Shown piece by piece: positions 9,867-18,392 of a DNA stretch of 54,146 bases (position 1 is the stretch's first letter; each line of letters opens with the position of its first letter). This DNA is from an uncultured archaeon. Its GTDB lineage: Archaea > Iainarchaeota > Iainarchaeia > JAADDC01. Made by a program: the position numbers and the translations under genes. Under the pieces are notes generated by a model. It was not told where the DNA came from. It saw only the letters and a list, made by a program, of their open reading frames with translations, and ran no database searches. Location: NCBI GenBank assembly GCA_964451455.1, contig CAYVHT010000001.1, positions 1 through 54,146 of the forward strand. The letters run 5' to 3'.

Positions 9867-10643
9867 TTATTTCTTCTTCTGGAATAAGGAGCGGATAAAC
9901 GTTAAAAAGCCTTTCTTCTCCTGGCGGATCTGAATTCCGCTGATTCTGGACGCAATTTGCATCAAAGCCCTAGATGCAGGGGAATCAGGTGCACGGACAA
10001 TGACGGGGGCTGGGTTCTTCAAGAGAATGCTCTTGCGAACTTCAGGATCATCTGGAATGCTCCCGAGAACGGCCAGCTCCAAGAGCTCTCTGACGTGGTC
10101 CTCACTTGCCTCGCCAGGAAGCTTACGCACCATGTTTATAATGGATCCATAAGGTTTCACGCCAATGCGCTCCGCCACGAGCTTTATCTTGAGCGCGTCG
10201 GCAAGAGATGCAGGATCAGGGGTTACAACAATGATGGCTTCATCCGTCGCAGCCATGGCAGCCATTGCGTTGTCTCCGATGCCTGCCGGAGCATCAACGA
10301 ATATATAATCATAGTCATTCTTCACAGCGGCAACGGCAGATTTAAGCTTGTCTGGGTTTATGCGCCGGTACGCGTTGAGCGAAAGACCGGAGGGCACAAC
10401 GGTGAGCCCAAATGGCCCCTCATACATGGCGTCGAATATGTCACTCTCTCCAAGGAGGACATCTTGAAGCGTGATAGGTGCCGACTGAAGGCGGAAAAGG
10501 AGGGCAATGTTCGCCATGGCCACGTCCGCGTCTATAAGGAGAACCTTTTCGCCGAGCTTGGATAGAGCCACGGCAAGGTTCGCAGCGATCGTAGTTTTCC
10601 CAACGCCGCCCTTGCCTGAAACGATGGATATTGTCCTTCCCAT
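9867..10643 (-). CDS. MinD/ParA-family P-loop ATPase
   Basis: Deviant Walker A SGKGGVGKTT, LLIDADVAMAN, VDAPAG. ATG 10643 lies 2 nt after the upstream TGA. Confidence 0.85.
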   Translation of the reverse strand: MGRTISIVSGKGGVGKTTIAANLAVALSKLGEKVLLIDADVAMANIALLFRLQSAPITLQDVLLGESDIFDAMYEGPFGLTVVPSGLSLNAYRRINPDKLKSAVAAVKNDYDYIFVDAPAGIGDNAMAAMAATDEAIIVVTPDPASLADALKIKLVAERIGVKPYGSIINMVRKLPGEASEDHVRELLELAVLGSIPDDPEVRKSILLKNPAPVIVRAPDSPASRALMQIASRISGIQIRQEKKGFLTFIRSLFQKKK

Positions 10644-10645
10644 GC

Positions 10646-11071
10646 TCACCAACCCATGCTAAAGAGCAGTTTCTCCGCATCGCGGGCGATAGCCTCAAGT
10701 TCGACTAGGTTCAGGTATGCTGGAGCATGAATGACAAAGACGTGGTTGTTGTGGCGGAAAGAAATGATCCACTCACCCTCCCGCTGGGCGTAAAAGTGCG
10801 TGGCATCCACGAGCTCGTAGGCTACTTGCTCGAATACAGAGTACTCGTGCAATGCGTCGTCCTCCGGGAAAGTAGTTGCCACAATGGTGCCCTCGTCTGT
10901 GAAGATAGATATTCCAGTGACCATATGCTTTTCTTGGAGGTAATGCAGAATGGACTCAATGTCTCCGTCTCTCGGGAGTGTGGGCTGCCGAGGAACAGAC
11001 AGCTTACGCACCCTTTCATATTCCGGAGCATCCTCCAAGCCGAACAAGCGGAATATGAGACGCTGAATCAT
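10646..11071 (-). CDS. Hypothetical protein, possible Roadblock/LC7 (MglB-like) domain
   Basis: 141 aa. Pattern VTGISIFTDEGTIVATT ... HVFVIHAPAYLNLVELEAIARDAEKL resembles Roadblock alpha-beta-alpha organisation. ATGA overlap with the upstream gene. Confidence 0.4.
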   Translation of the reverse strand: MIQRLIFRLFGLEDAPEYERVRKLSVPRQPTLPRDGDIESILHYLQEKHMVTGISIFTDEGTIVATTFPEDDALHEYSVFEQVAYELVDATHFYAQREGEWIISFRHNNHVFVIHAPAYLNLVELEAIARDAEKLLFSMGW

Positions 11072-11568
11072 ATTTCACCCACCTTCACGTTCACGAGGCC
11101 ATACTCGGCGAGCACGCGAATCCTGTCTATATCAGAGGGCGGGAGTGTTTTTATTATTCCCCTCACGTACTCGTCGGAATATTCCTTCGGCACGAAAGAC
11201 CAAAGCTTCTCCGGCGGCATTGGAGAGATTTTGGCCTTGTCGTTGAATGCAAGGATCAGATTCACCTTGGGAACGGTTAAGCTCACAACCGAATAAACCA
11301 CATTCTTCGCGCGGATCACGTTCATAGCTGGCGCCACGGCCTGCTCCCCATCAAAAGAGCGATTGTATTTGAGCTGGGTGTAGCCAATGGCCACAGCCTT
11401 ACCGTTCAGGAAGACTACTGTTCCCTCCTCCAGCCCGTCCAGGCCCTCTCCGACCCAGGCCACATAACCATTAAAAGAGCGACTACCCAAATCTTTGAGT
11501 AGGTCTAAAAACTTCGGCGGTTCCAGTGGCGCGGCGTGGGTCACCACGTCCCCTGCTGGAATGTTCAT
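11068..11568 (-). CDS. Hypothetical protein, possible PATAN/DUF4388-like N-terminal domain
   Basis: 166 aa. FLDLLKDLGSRSFNGYVAWVGE..EGTVVFLNGKAVAIGY...GEQAV matches the l.dll..l...tG.l......g.i.f.nG.iv.A...G..A pattern by eye. Confidence 0.35.
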   Translation of the reverse strand: MNIPAGDVVTHAAPLEPPKFLDLLKDLGSRSFNGYVAWVGEGLDGLEEGTVVFLNGKAVAIGYTQLKYNRSFDGEQAVAPAMNVIRAKNVVYSVVSLTVPKVNLILAFNDKAKISPMPPEKLWSFVPKEYSDEYVRGIIKTLPPSDIDRIRVLAEYGLVNVKVGEI

Positions 11569-11609
11569 ATATGTAGAAAGGCGCCGAAGTTTAAAAAGGA
11601 GGGACAGAA

Positions 11610-12020
11610 ATGGCTGACATGGAAATAAAGTTCGTCAAGGCAAACAGAATAAAAAAGGGCCAATGGGTGCTTATAGACGGCGCGGTTTGCCGCGTTACTG
11701 ATGTTCAAATATCCTCACCCGGTAAGCATGGCTCTGCAAAGGTGAGGATAACCGCGGTCGGTGTGTTTGACGGTCAGAAAAGGCAGATGCTCAAGCCTTC
11801 TGGCGCCGACGTGGAGACTCCAGTGCTCAAGAGGAAAAGTGGACAGGTTCTCGCCGTGATGCCTGATCACGTCCAAATCATGGACATGGAGTCCTACGAG
11901 ACAATGGACCTGCCGCTGCCCGAAGACGAGGAGCTCAAGGCAAAGCTAGAGCCCGGTGTTGAAGTAGAATATGTCGAGGCAGGAGAGTACCGCAAGATTG
12001 ACCGGGTAAAGGGCGCTTAA
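11610..12020 (+). CDS. eif5a: Translation initiation factor 5A (aIF5A)
   Basis: Hypusine loop SSPGKHGSAKVRI. 136 aa. AGGAGGG SD upstream. Confidence 0.92.
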   Translation: MADMEIKFVKANRIKKGQWVLIDGAVCRVTDVQISSPGKHGSAKVRITAVGVFDGQKRQMLKPSGADVETPVLKRKSGQVLAVMPDHVQIMDMESYETMDLPLPEDEELKAKLEPGVEVEYVEAGEYRKIDRVKGA

Positions 12021-12021
12021 G

Positions 12022-12035
12022 CCCTTTTATATTTT
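12022..12035 (+). promoter_or_regulatory. cccttttatatttt: oligo-T terminator of aIF5A and/or TATA box for the leaderless next gene
   Basis: Directly follows the stop at 12020, and lies about 24 nt upstream of GTG 12053. Confidence 0.4.
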
Positions 12036-12052
12036 CACAAACTAATTATCGT

Positions 12053-12733
12053 GTGCACATACACATCGTTGCAGAGGAACATTACGAGGAAATGCGGGGC
12101 GAGCGAGATTCTCTGAAAAAGATGTTTAAGAACTACAGGAGGCTTTCTGAGGCTCTGAAAAACACGGGAGAAAAAATGCTCATTCTGGCGGAGCCATACA
12201 TAGAAGTGGACCACGAGTTTGCACATCCAAGGCACAGGATCGTAGCAAGGCTCGGAAAACTAGCGGAGAATGCTACAGTCTTGCCTCTAGACAACCAACT
12301 ACTTCGAGAACAGAATGCGGCGCAGATGTGGATGCTTAAGGACCTGCAAGAGGAGAAGAAAAAGATGCGAAACAAAGAACGCGCGGTAGAACAAATCGCG
12401 CACGTGGAACGAATAAAGATGCTAGAATTCCTTGAAACGGCAAGCGCAAGGAGCAAAACAATGGCAAAGAATATAGTAAAGGCAATAGAGCTCATCAAGA
12501 AGTATCCCGAACTGCAAGACGTGAAACGAATCGTAGCGGTTGTAGGTGCGGAGCACGCCCCGGAGGTTGCAGGATACCTCGTGGAAATGCTGGGCGACCG
12601 CGTGGGGGAGCAAATATACATACACGGGAATGGCGCAGAACCCAGCGTGTTCAATGCCAAGGGCGGCGTAGTGCTGCACATACACGATGTTACGGCAGGT
12701 CAGAAGATATATCGGCAATTCCTGCGAGATTAA
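12053..12733 (+). CDS. Hypothetical protein (weak TraB/GumN-like resemblance)
   Basis: 226 aa. HIHIVAEEH near the N-terminus and RIVAVVGAEHAPEVAGYL near the C-terminus resemble TraB-family GTxH / VVGAGH motifs. Central coiled-coil. Confidence 0.5.
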   Translation: MHIHIVAEEHYEEMRGERDSLKKMFKNYRRLSEALKNTGEKMLILAEPYIEVDHEFAHPRHRIVARLGKLAENATVLPLDNQLLREQNAAQMWMLKDLQEEKKKMRNKERAVEQIAHVERIKMLEFLETASARSKTMAKNIVKAIELIKKYPELQDVKRIVAVVGAEHAPEVAGYLVEMLGDRVGEQIYIHGNGAEPSVFNAKGGVVLHIHDVTAGQKIYRQFLRD

Positions 12734-13266
12734 TCATGGGATAGCGCCTTCTCCATGCGATACCAGACGATTCCGTCTCTGCCAACATCTTCATCTACCA
12801 CAGTATACCCATAGCGCTCAAAGAAGCGCCTGGAGCCAGGGTGAGCATCCGTTACGATCTTCCGGACGTCTGGTGTGGCCTCTAAGAGTGCATCCTCAAG
12901 GGCATGAATGAGAAGCGATCCAAGACCACGTTTAGACTCGCTAAGGTCAATGACGATGTCGTTCAAGTATGCTACGTTGCGGTAAACCCGCGCATGAACA
13001 AAACCCACAATTTTTCGGTCAGGATACTTCTCCACAACGATGATAAAATCGTGTGGTTCGTGCTTACGGTAATCAGAGATGCTACGACGGATGCCAGCGC
13101 GCGTCATATACGGCTCCGTGCCATACTCCTCCAAATATTTGTGCATGGCAGTGCTGCGATCCACACCATAAATCAGCGACGCCTCCTCCGCCGAAAGAGC
13201 AAGGAGCTGCTTATAGTCATCTGGTTTCGCCCAGCGGACAAGATAAAAGTTCTTCGGGCTCTTCAT
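12730..13266 (-). CDS. GNAT-family N-acetyltransferase
   Basis: IVIDLSESKRGLGSLLIHALED (acetyl-CoA loop), RFFERYGY. ORF trimmed from 13620 to ATG 13266 because the extension overlaps L15e. Confidence 0.8.
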   Translation of the reverse strand: MKSPKNFYLVRWAKPDDYKQLLALSAEEASLIYGVDRSTAMHKYLEEYGTEPYMTRAGIRRSISDYRKHEPHDFIIVVEKYPDRKIVGFVHARVYRNVAYLNDIVIDLSESKRGLGSLLIHALEDALLEATPDVRKIVTDAHPGSRRFFERYGYTVVDEDVGRDGIVWYRMEKALSHD

Positions 13267-13383
13267 CCATTCACCGCCCACGAAATTAGCGCGGAGGGAG
13301 TATATAATTTTTAACCATTCTTTGTCCCATTTCCACGCTGCGGCGGGATGATGGGGTAACCCTGAGCCGCGGAGGTGAAGCAA

Positions 13384-13986
13384 ATGGGTATGTACCAATA
13401 CGTTAGGGAAACCCTTCAGAAAGAGTATAAAGGAGAAGAGGACGATTTTTACAACTACGACGAGAGGATGAAGGAAAAGCTCATTCAGTGGAGGCGTGAG
13501 CCCGCTATTGTAAAAGTAGACAAACCCACGAACCTCGCGCGCGCCAAGTCCCTCGGTTACAAGGCGAAGCAGGGCATCATCATCGTGCGCGTGCGTGTCC
13601 GTAAGGGTTCTGGGCACCACATCCGTCCGAACAAGGGAAGAAGACCTAAGAGGATGGGTGTGAACAAGCTGACCCGCCGCATATCAATTCAGCGCATAGC
13701 GGAGATACGTGCGAACGCCAGATACAAGAACCTGGAAGTGCTCAACTCATACTACGTCGGAGAGGATGGCCACTACTACTGGTACGAAGTCATACTTGTC
13801 GACCCGCACAACCCAGCAATCTGCGCAGACAAGGACCTTGGGTGGATCTGCGAAAAACAGCACAGGGGGAGAGCGTTCCGCGGACTCACAAGCGCAGGAA
13901 AGAAGAACAGAGGGCTGAGAAGAAAAGGCAAAGGTGCTGAGAAGGTGCGCCCATCCCTAAGAGCAAACAATAGGAAGGCGAAGTGA
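13384..13986 (+). CDS. rpl15e: Ribosomal protein L15e
   Basis: MGMYQYVRETLQKEYK ... GIIIVRVRVRKG ... RPNKGRRPKRMG ... YYWYEVILVDP. Confidence 0.9.
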   Translation: MGMYQYVRETLQKEYKGEEDDFYNYDERMKEKLIQWRREPAIVKVDKPTNLARAKSLGYKAKQGIIIVRVRVRKGSGHHIRPNKGRRPKRMGVNKLTRRISIQRIAEIRANARYKNLEVLNSYYVGEDGHYYWYEVILVDPHNPAICADKDLGWICEKQHRGRAFRGLTSAGKKNRGLRRKGKGAEKVRPSLRANNRKAK

Positions 13987-13987
13987 C

Positions 13988-14452
13988 GTGTCCGCCCCCA
14001 TCCTCTCCCTCCACATAATGGCATTCGCACGGGCTACGGAGGATGAGAGGAAGGTAAGGCAAGCAGTCCGTCTTCTTCTGCCACCTGGCATGGACCTAAA
14101 AAACAGCAGAGTAAAATGGAGGGAAAATATCGCGAAAGGAGTGCTGGGCAATCCAATTCTAATTATAGACGTAGTTGCAGACAAGAAGTCAGACGCAAGA
14201 AAGCTCTGGAAGCACGTGAGATCTCTACTCAGCGAAGAGGATGTGAAATACATACTCTCTCACCCAGATGATTTCCTGGACGAGTACGGAACCGTGCACC
14301 TGCGCTTTGACAAGCAAGAGGCATACCTGGGACGACCAGTACTGACAAGTGGCGGAGACGTGGTAAAAGTCCGTGCCCAGCTAGAGGCATACCCCGCCAA
14401 GCCTGAGGAGTACAAGAAAGCGTTTGAGCGCGCATTCAAGGAAGATGTTTAA
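13988..14452 (+). CDS. DUF54/COG1325-type RNA-binding protein (predicted exosome-associated subunit)
   Basis: HIMAFARATEDERKV N-terminal motif. Lies between L15e and the RNase P protein genes, as in the archaeal exosome/RNase P superoperon. Confidence 0.65.
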   Translation: MSAPILSLHIMAFARATEDERKVRQAVRLLLPPGMDLKNSRVKWRENIAKGVLGNPILIIDVVADKKSDARKLWKHVRSLLSEEDVKYILSHPDDFLDEYGTVHLRFDKQEAYLGRPVLTSGGDVVKVRAQLEAYPAKPEEYKKAFERAFKEDV

Positions 14453-14978
14453 AACGGGAAAGCCATATTCTTTCGTGCGGCACTTCTACGACATGATACA
14501 AATGGAAGATGCATACAAATGGGCAGAACGACTGGGCTTCTACAAGATATTCACGGCGAATGAATGGGCGTACGTGAAGAGCAAGAAGGAGCTGAAGCGA
14601 GCCAGAACAGAAGGACAGATCCCTGTAATTTTAGGGGATAAAATAGAGAAGATAAAAGGGGCGACGTGGGCAATTGGCGCTCTTGTGGACGTGCAAACGA
14701 AGATGGACATGCAAGCAGCACATATTATGAAAGACAAGGGCATGAGGGCGATGTACACGCTGGATTGGATACGAGAAAGACCCGAGAACATAAGATTCGC
14801 AGCGAAAGGCATACGCATTCTCCACAAGGCAAGGGTGCCCGTGCTCCTCGCAACAGGGGCAAAGGATGTGGCTTGCCTGAAGGCGCCGAGAGACATCGCT
14901 GCCGTGGGCGTGCTCATGGGCATGAGCGTCCCCATGGCATACGCCGCGATAAGCACAAACTGGGAGGGACTAATGTGA
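14445..14978 (+). CDS. rnp3: RNase P protein component 3 (Rpp30/Rnp3)
   Basis: C-terminal VPVLLATGAKDVACLKAPRDIAAVGVLMGMS pattern plus operon position. ATGTTTAA overlap with the upstream stop. Confidence 0.65.
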   Translation: MFKTGKPYSFVRHFYDMIQMEDAYKWAERLGFYKIFTANEWAYVKSKKELKRARTEGQIPVILGDKIEKIKGATWAIGALVDVQTKMDMQAAHIMKDKGMRAMYTLDWIRERPENIRFAAKGIRILHKARVPVLLATGAKDVACLKAPRDIAAVGVLMGMSVPMAYAAISTNWEGLM

Positions 14979-15286
14979 AGGTCAAGCCCATCCCACCAAC
15001 CCTACGGGATAAGAGGCGGTACCTGCTCGTGCGAGGGGCTAGCTGGAGAGACGTGGAAAGGATTATAAGAAAAGGGCTAGGCACAACATACCGCTCCCTT
15101 TCGGGCCTAAAGAAGGTAGAAGAAACGCCAGAATACGTTATAATCCGTGTAGATCGCGGCTACGAGTGGTACGTGCGCGGTGTCTTGGCGCTAGAGTGTG
15201 GAGAAAAAAAGCCCATGTTTGTTGAGCGCGTATCCGGCACGATAAAGACGATAAAGGACTGGCTGAATTCGTCAATCAACGAATGA
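14975..15286 (+). CDS. rnp2: RNase P protein component 2 (Pop5/Rnp2)
   Basis: GTG start overlapping the upstream ATGTGA. KPIPPTLRDKRRYLLV ... YVIIRVDRGY is typical of Pop5. Confidence 0.7.
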   Translation: MKVKPIPPTLRDKRRYLLVRGASWRDVERIIRKGLGTTYRSLSGLKKVEETPEYVIIRVDRGYEWYVRGVLALECGEKKPMFVERVSGTIKTIKDWLNSSINE

Positions 15287-15355
15287 CCACATCAAGTTTT
15301 AAAGTAAAGAACTGCAGATTAACCATTGAAGCAAAACTGGACGGAGGTGGAACAA

Positions 15356-15697
15356 ATGGAAGACTGGTTGAAGTATCTCATGTGGCTGGGCTGGATCCTG
15401 GCGGTGATCGGTTACTTCGTCGGAGGTGCAACGCTAACTTGGTTTGCACTAATTAACCTGGTGATCGGTATTATCGTGGGCATCTTTGCGTTCAAGGAAG
15501 AGTTCAAGGAGATTGAGACGAGAGCTATCTTCTACGGCGTCATGTACCTCATAGCAGTGGCATTCCCAATGAGCAGCATACTCGGTGGCTTCACCCTCAT
15601 GCAGTGGGTTAAGACATACGTGGGCCTCATGGCATACATCTACATGCCCGCAGCGATCCTGCAGTACATCAACAAGCTCTTCAAGGTCGGCTACTGA
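15356..15697 (+). CDS. Small 3-4 TM membrane protein, unknown function
   Basis: GGAGGTG SD 7 nt before ATG 15356. Hydrophobic throughout. Confidence 0.5.
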   Translation: MEDWLKYLMWLGWILAVIGYFVGGATLTWFALINLVIGIIVGIFAFKEEFKEIETRAIFYGVMYLIAVAFPMSSILGGFTLMQWVKTYVGLMAYIYMPAAILQYINKLFKVGY

Positions 15698-15760
15698 AAT
15701 TAGCCCCTTTCTTTATTCTGTTTTTCTTCTACTGTTTTACTTTTCCTGCTGTCTTGCATA

Positions 15761-16474
15761 TTAGATGCGGCGCGAGACAAGCAAAAACGCCGTGTGCAGT
15801 AGCCCAGTATTTTCGGGACGGAGGATGTCTGTGCTCTTCCAGCGGCGCAGGAGCACCTCATATACCTCAAAAGGTGTGAAATCATCTGTTAGTTCCTGCT
15901 TGGCTCGGAGCACTTGATCCACAGTAGGGAGATACAGAACAAGAAAACCGCCAGTTTTCAGCGCTTCTGCAACGTACTTGTAGGCGCGCCATGGTTCTGG
16001 AAGGTCAAGAAAAACAAGATCCACATCCTTCTCGTCAATTCCCTCGTAAACGGACCCCTCCTTGAATGTGACATAGTCCGACAAGCCAAAAAACTCCGCA
16101 TTCTCTCGGCCTAGCCGAACGTTCTGCGGGCGAACGTCGTAGGAGTAAACATGGCCCGTGGGGCGAACATGGTATGCGAAGAAGTTTGCCGCAAAGCCAG
16201 AGCCGGTTCCTGCATCCACCACTTTCCACCCTGGGCCCAGTCCGGTCAGCCCAACCACGATTGATAGATCCTTCGGATGAGCCCATTGCGGCCCGCGACG
16301 CATTTTCACCCAGAGATCTACGAAGCGCGGCTCCGTGACCGTAAACGGCTCACCTTTTGACGAAAACGTGCGTCCACTCTCTTCCCCTTCCCGCACCAGA
16401 CCAAGCTCCGTATTGTAGGGCAAGGACTTCGCCAGGTACCTCTTACCAGTCCCATGGTGGATGAGGAGTCGCAT
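15761..16474 (-). CDS. trmI: tRNA (adenine-N1)-methyltransferase TrmI (m1A57/58)
   Basis: SAM motif KVVDAGTGSGFAANFFA, DLVFLDLPEPW, N-terminal beta-domain. Confidence 0.85.
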   Translation of the reverse strand: MRLLIHHGTGKRYLAKSLPYNTELGLVREGEESGRTFSSKGEPFTVTEPRFVDLWVKMRRGPQWAHPKDLSIVVGLTGLGPGWKVVDAGTGSGFAANFFAYHVRPTGHVYSYDVRPQNVRLGRENAEFFGLSDYVTFKEGSVYEGIDEKDVDLVFLDLPEPWRAYKYVAEALKTGGFLVLYLPTVDQVLRAKQELTDDFTPFEVYEVLLRRWKSTDILRPENTGLLHTAFLLVSRRI

Positions 16475-16477
16475 GGT

Positions 16478-16483
16478 TTAAAC
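16478..16483 (+). promoter_or_regulatory. TTTAAA box upstream of the Ogt-EndoV gene
   Basis: 27 nt upstream of GTG 16505. A second A/T box (gttttaacc, 16494-16502) is correctly spaced for divergent trmI. Confidence 0.35.
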
Positions 16484-16504
16484 AGAGAGGTTCTTGTTTT
16501 AACC

Positions 16505-17428
16505 GTGCTGAACTACTTTGACAAGTTGGTCTTGGATATTGTCTCTCAAATCCCTGAAGGCAAAGTAACCACATACGGAGAGATAGCAAGAGCGCTGGGA
16601 GACATAAGAGCTGCAAGGGCTGTGGGAGAAGCCTTGAAGAAGAACCCAAAGCCCATAGAGATTCCCTGCCATCGCGTGGTCATGTCTGACGGCTCCCTTG
16701 GTGGCTACGCATTCGGCGGGCCAGAAGCAAAGAAGAAACTCCTGATTATGGAGGGAATTACTTTCAGGGGAGGTAAGGTCGATTTAAGCAAGCACATTGT
16801 CACACACGAAGAGTTCAAGGCTCCAAAGATCTTTAAGCGTATGCAAGAGGCGCAGAGAAATCTACGAGAAAAGATAGCGACAGAGGAACCGAAGAGCGTG
16901 AAAACGGCAGTGGGCGTGGATGTGTCATACTGGGGAGACTTCGGAGTGGGTGCCGCAGTGGTGGTAAACGACAAAGGTAGGGTACTGGAGCAGAAGACAT
17001 GGATAGGTGAAGTATTGTTCCCGTACGTGCCCACATACCTGGCATTCCGCGAGATGCCCTTCATCTGGAACGTCCTAAGAGATCTCGAGTTCGACGTGAT
17101 CCTGGCAGACGGCCACGGTTGGATACACCCGAGAAGAATGGGGGAAGCGACTCACTTCGGAGTGGTGTTAAATATGCCCAGCGTGGGCGTGGCCAAGAGC
17201 CATCTGGTAGGCAAAGAAGACGATGGAAAAGTATTTGTGGATGGAAAGCACGTAGGCTGGAAGGTAGGAAGCGCCTATGTATCTCCCGGGAACAGAATGA
17301 CCGTAGAAGGATCGCTCCGCGTAGCAAAGCAATTCTGGAAGTCTGGAAAGCAACCATTGCCACTCCTGCTGGCACACAAGACAGCCATAGCCAAGATGAG
17401 AGAAGAGCGAGAACGTAGAGGGTTATAA
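16505..17428 (+). CDS. Fusion protein: O6-alkylguanine-DNA alkyltransferase C-terminal domain + endonuclease V
   Basis: IPEGKVTTYGEIA ... IPCHRVV (PCHR acceptor Cys) followed by VGVDVSY ... FPYVPTYLAFRE ... ADGHGWIHPRRMG ... GVAKS (EndoV core). ORF opens at 16454; GTG 16505 fits the TATA spacing. Confidence 0.85.
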   Translation: MLNYFDKLVLDIVSQIPEGKVTTYGEIARALGDIRAARAVGEALKKNPKPIEIPCHRVVMSDGSLGGYAFGGPEAKKKLLIMEGITFRGGKVDLSKHIVTHEEFKAPKIFKRMQEAQRNLREKIATEEPKSVKTAVGVDVSYWGDFGVGAAVVVNDKGRVLEQKTWIGEVLFPYVPTYLAFREMPFIWNVLRDLEFDVILADGHGWIHPRRMGEATHFGVVLNMPSVGVAKSHLVGKEDDGKVFVDGKHVGWKVGSAYVSPGNRMTVEGSLRVAKQFWKSGKQPLPLLLAHKTAIAKMREERERRGL

Positions 17429-17450
17429 CGATTAGCCGTGCATATAGTAC

Positions 17451-18278
17451 ATGGCAAGAATTCTCATCACAAACGACGACGGAATACACTCTCCTGGCCC
17501 GTTCATACTCCGCGCAGCACTGAAGGAGCTCGGAGAAACGTGGATAGTGGCTCCTGAGAAGCCCAAGAGCGCAACCGGCCTTGGAATGACTCTTCACAAA
17601 CCGTTACGCATTAAGCCCTTCGGAAAAGAAGAAAAAACGTATGCGATATCCGGAACGCCGTCGGACATCATCCACCTGGCGCGAAACGTCATCGTGAAGG
17701 ATATAGACATTGTGGTATCTGGCGTAAACATAGGAGACAACACCAGCACGCAAGTAATCCTCTCTTCGGGCACAGTGGGTGCCGCCGCTCAAGCGGCACT
17801 GGAGAACATCCCCGCAGTGGCAGTATCCGCGGCAGTGGGCAGCGCTGAGGAACTGGTAGGAAACAGAATGCTAACATTGGCAATAAAGGCAGTAGTAAAA
17901 GAAATATGCGCAAGAGTGCTAAACAAAGGGCTCCCAGAGGGGGTGGACCTACTCAACGTGAACTTTCCGGCACAAATCACGGATAAAACGAATGTAGTGC
18001 TAGCCCCTGCGGCGAAGACCCGTTTCTCCGAGCTAGTAGATGAGAGAATAGACCCTCTTGGCAACAAGTATTACTGGATATACGGCGAACCAAAGGACCC
18101 CGTGGAAGGGACCGATGTGTATGAGGTGTTCGTGGCTGGAAACATCGCCGTAACGCCCATATCCCTGAACATCAATGCAGACGTGTTTGAACCCGTGAGA
18201 CACGCCCGAGTCAGTGCGTTCGTGAAGGCTGGCCAGAGAGGATTAGAAAAGCTTTGGAAAGACAGCAAAAATGTTTAA
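17451..18278 (+). CDS. surE: 5'/3'-nucleotidase SurE
   Basis: MARILITNDDGIHSPG, GVNIGDN, SGTVGAA motifs. Confidence 0.9.
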   Translation: MARILITNDDGIHSPGPFILRAALKELGETWIVAPEKPKSATGLGMTLHKPLRIKPFGKEEKTYAISGTPSDIIHLARNVIVKDIDIVVSGVNIGDNTSTQVILSSGTVGAAAQAALENIPAVAVSAAVGSAEELVGNRMLTLAIKAVVKEICARVLNKGLPEGVDLLNVNFPAQITDKTNVVLAPAAKTRFSELVDERIDPLGNKYYWIYGEPKDPVEGTDVYEVFVAGNIAVTPISLNINADVFEPVRHARVSAFVKAGQRGLEKLWKDSKNV

Positions 18279-18392
18279 ATACCAAACAACACGTGAGAGC
18301 GGGGAAGAAAGCCTCCAGAATATCCGATAACCGTGTAAGTATTTTATAACATTTGCCCACGCAATTATATCAGTTAATACAGACAAAGGGGG

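Noticed and set aside
12730-13620. 296-aa version of the GNAT ORF, and similar long N-terminal extensions of smc (to 28608), rps2 (to 45696), dys (to 9632) and the operon ORF A (from 40515)
   Set aside because: The extensions overlap well-supported neighbouring genes or tRNA trailers and contain no conserved sequence. Internal starts with an SD or correct TATA spacing fit the known protein N-termini.
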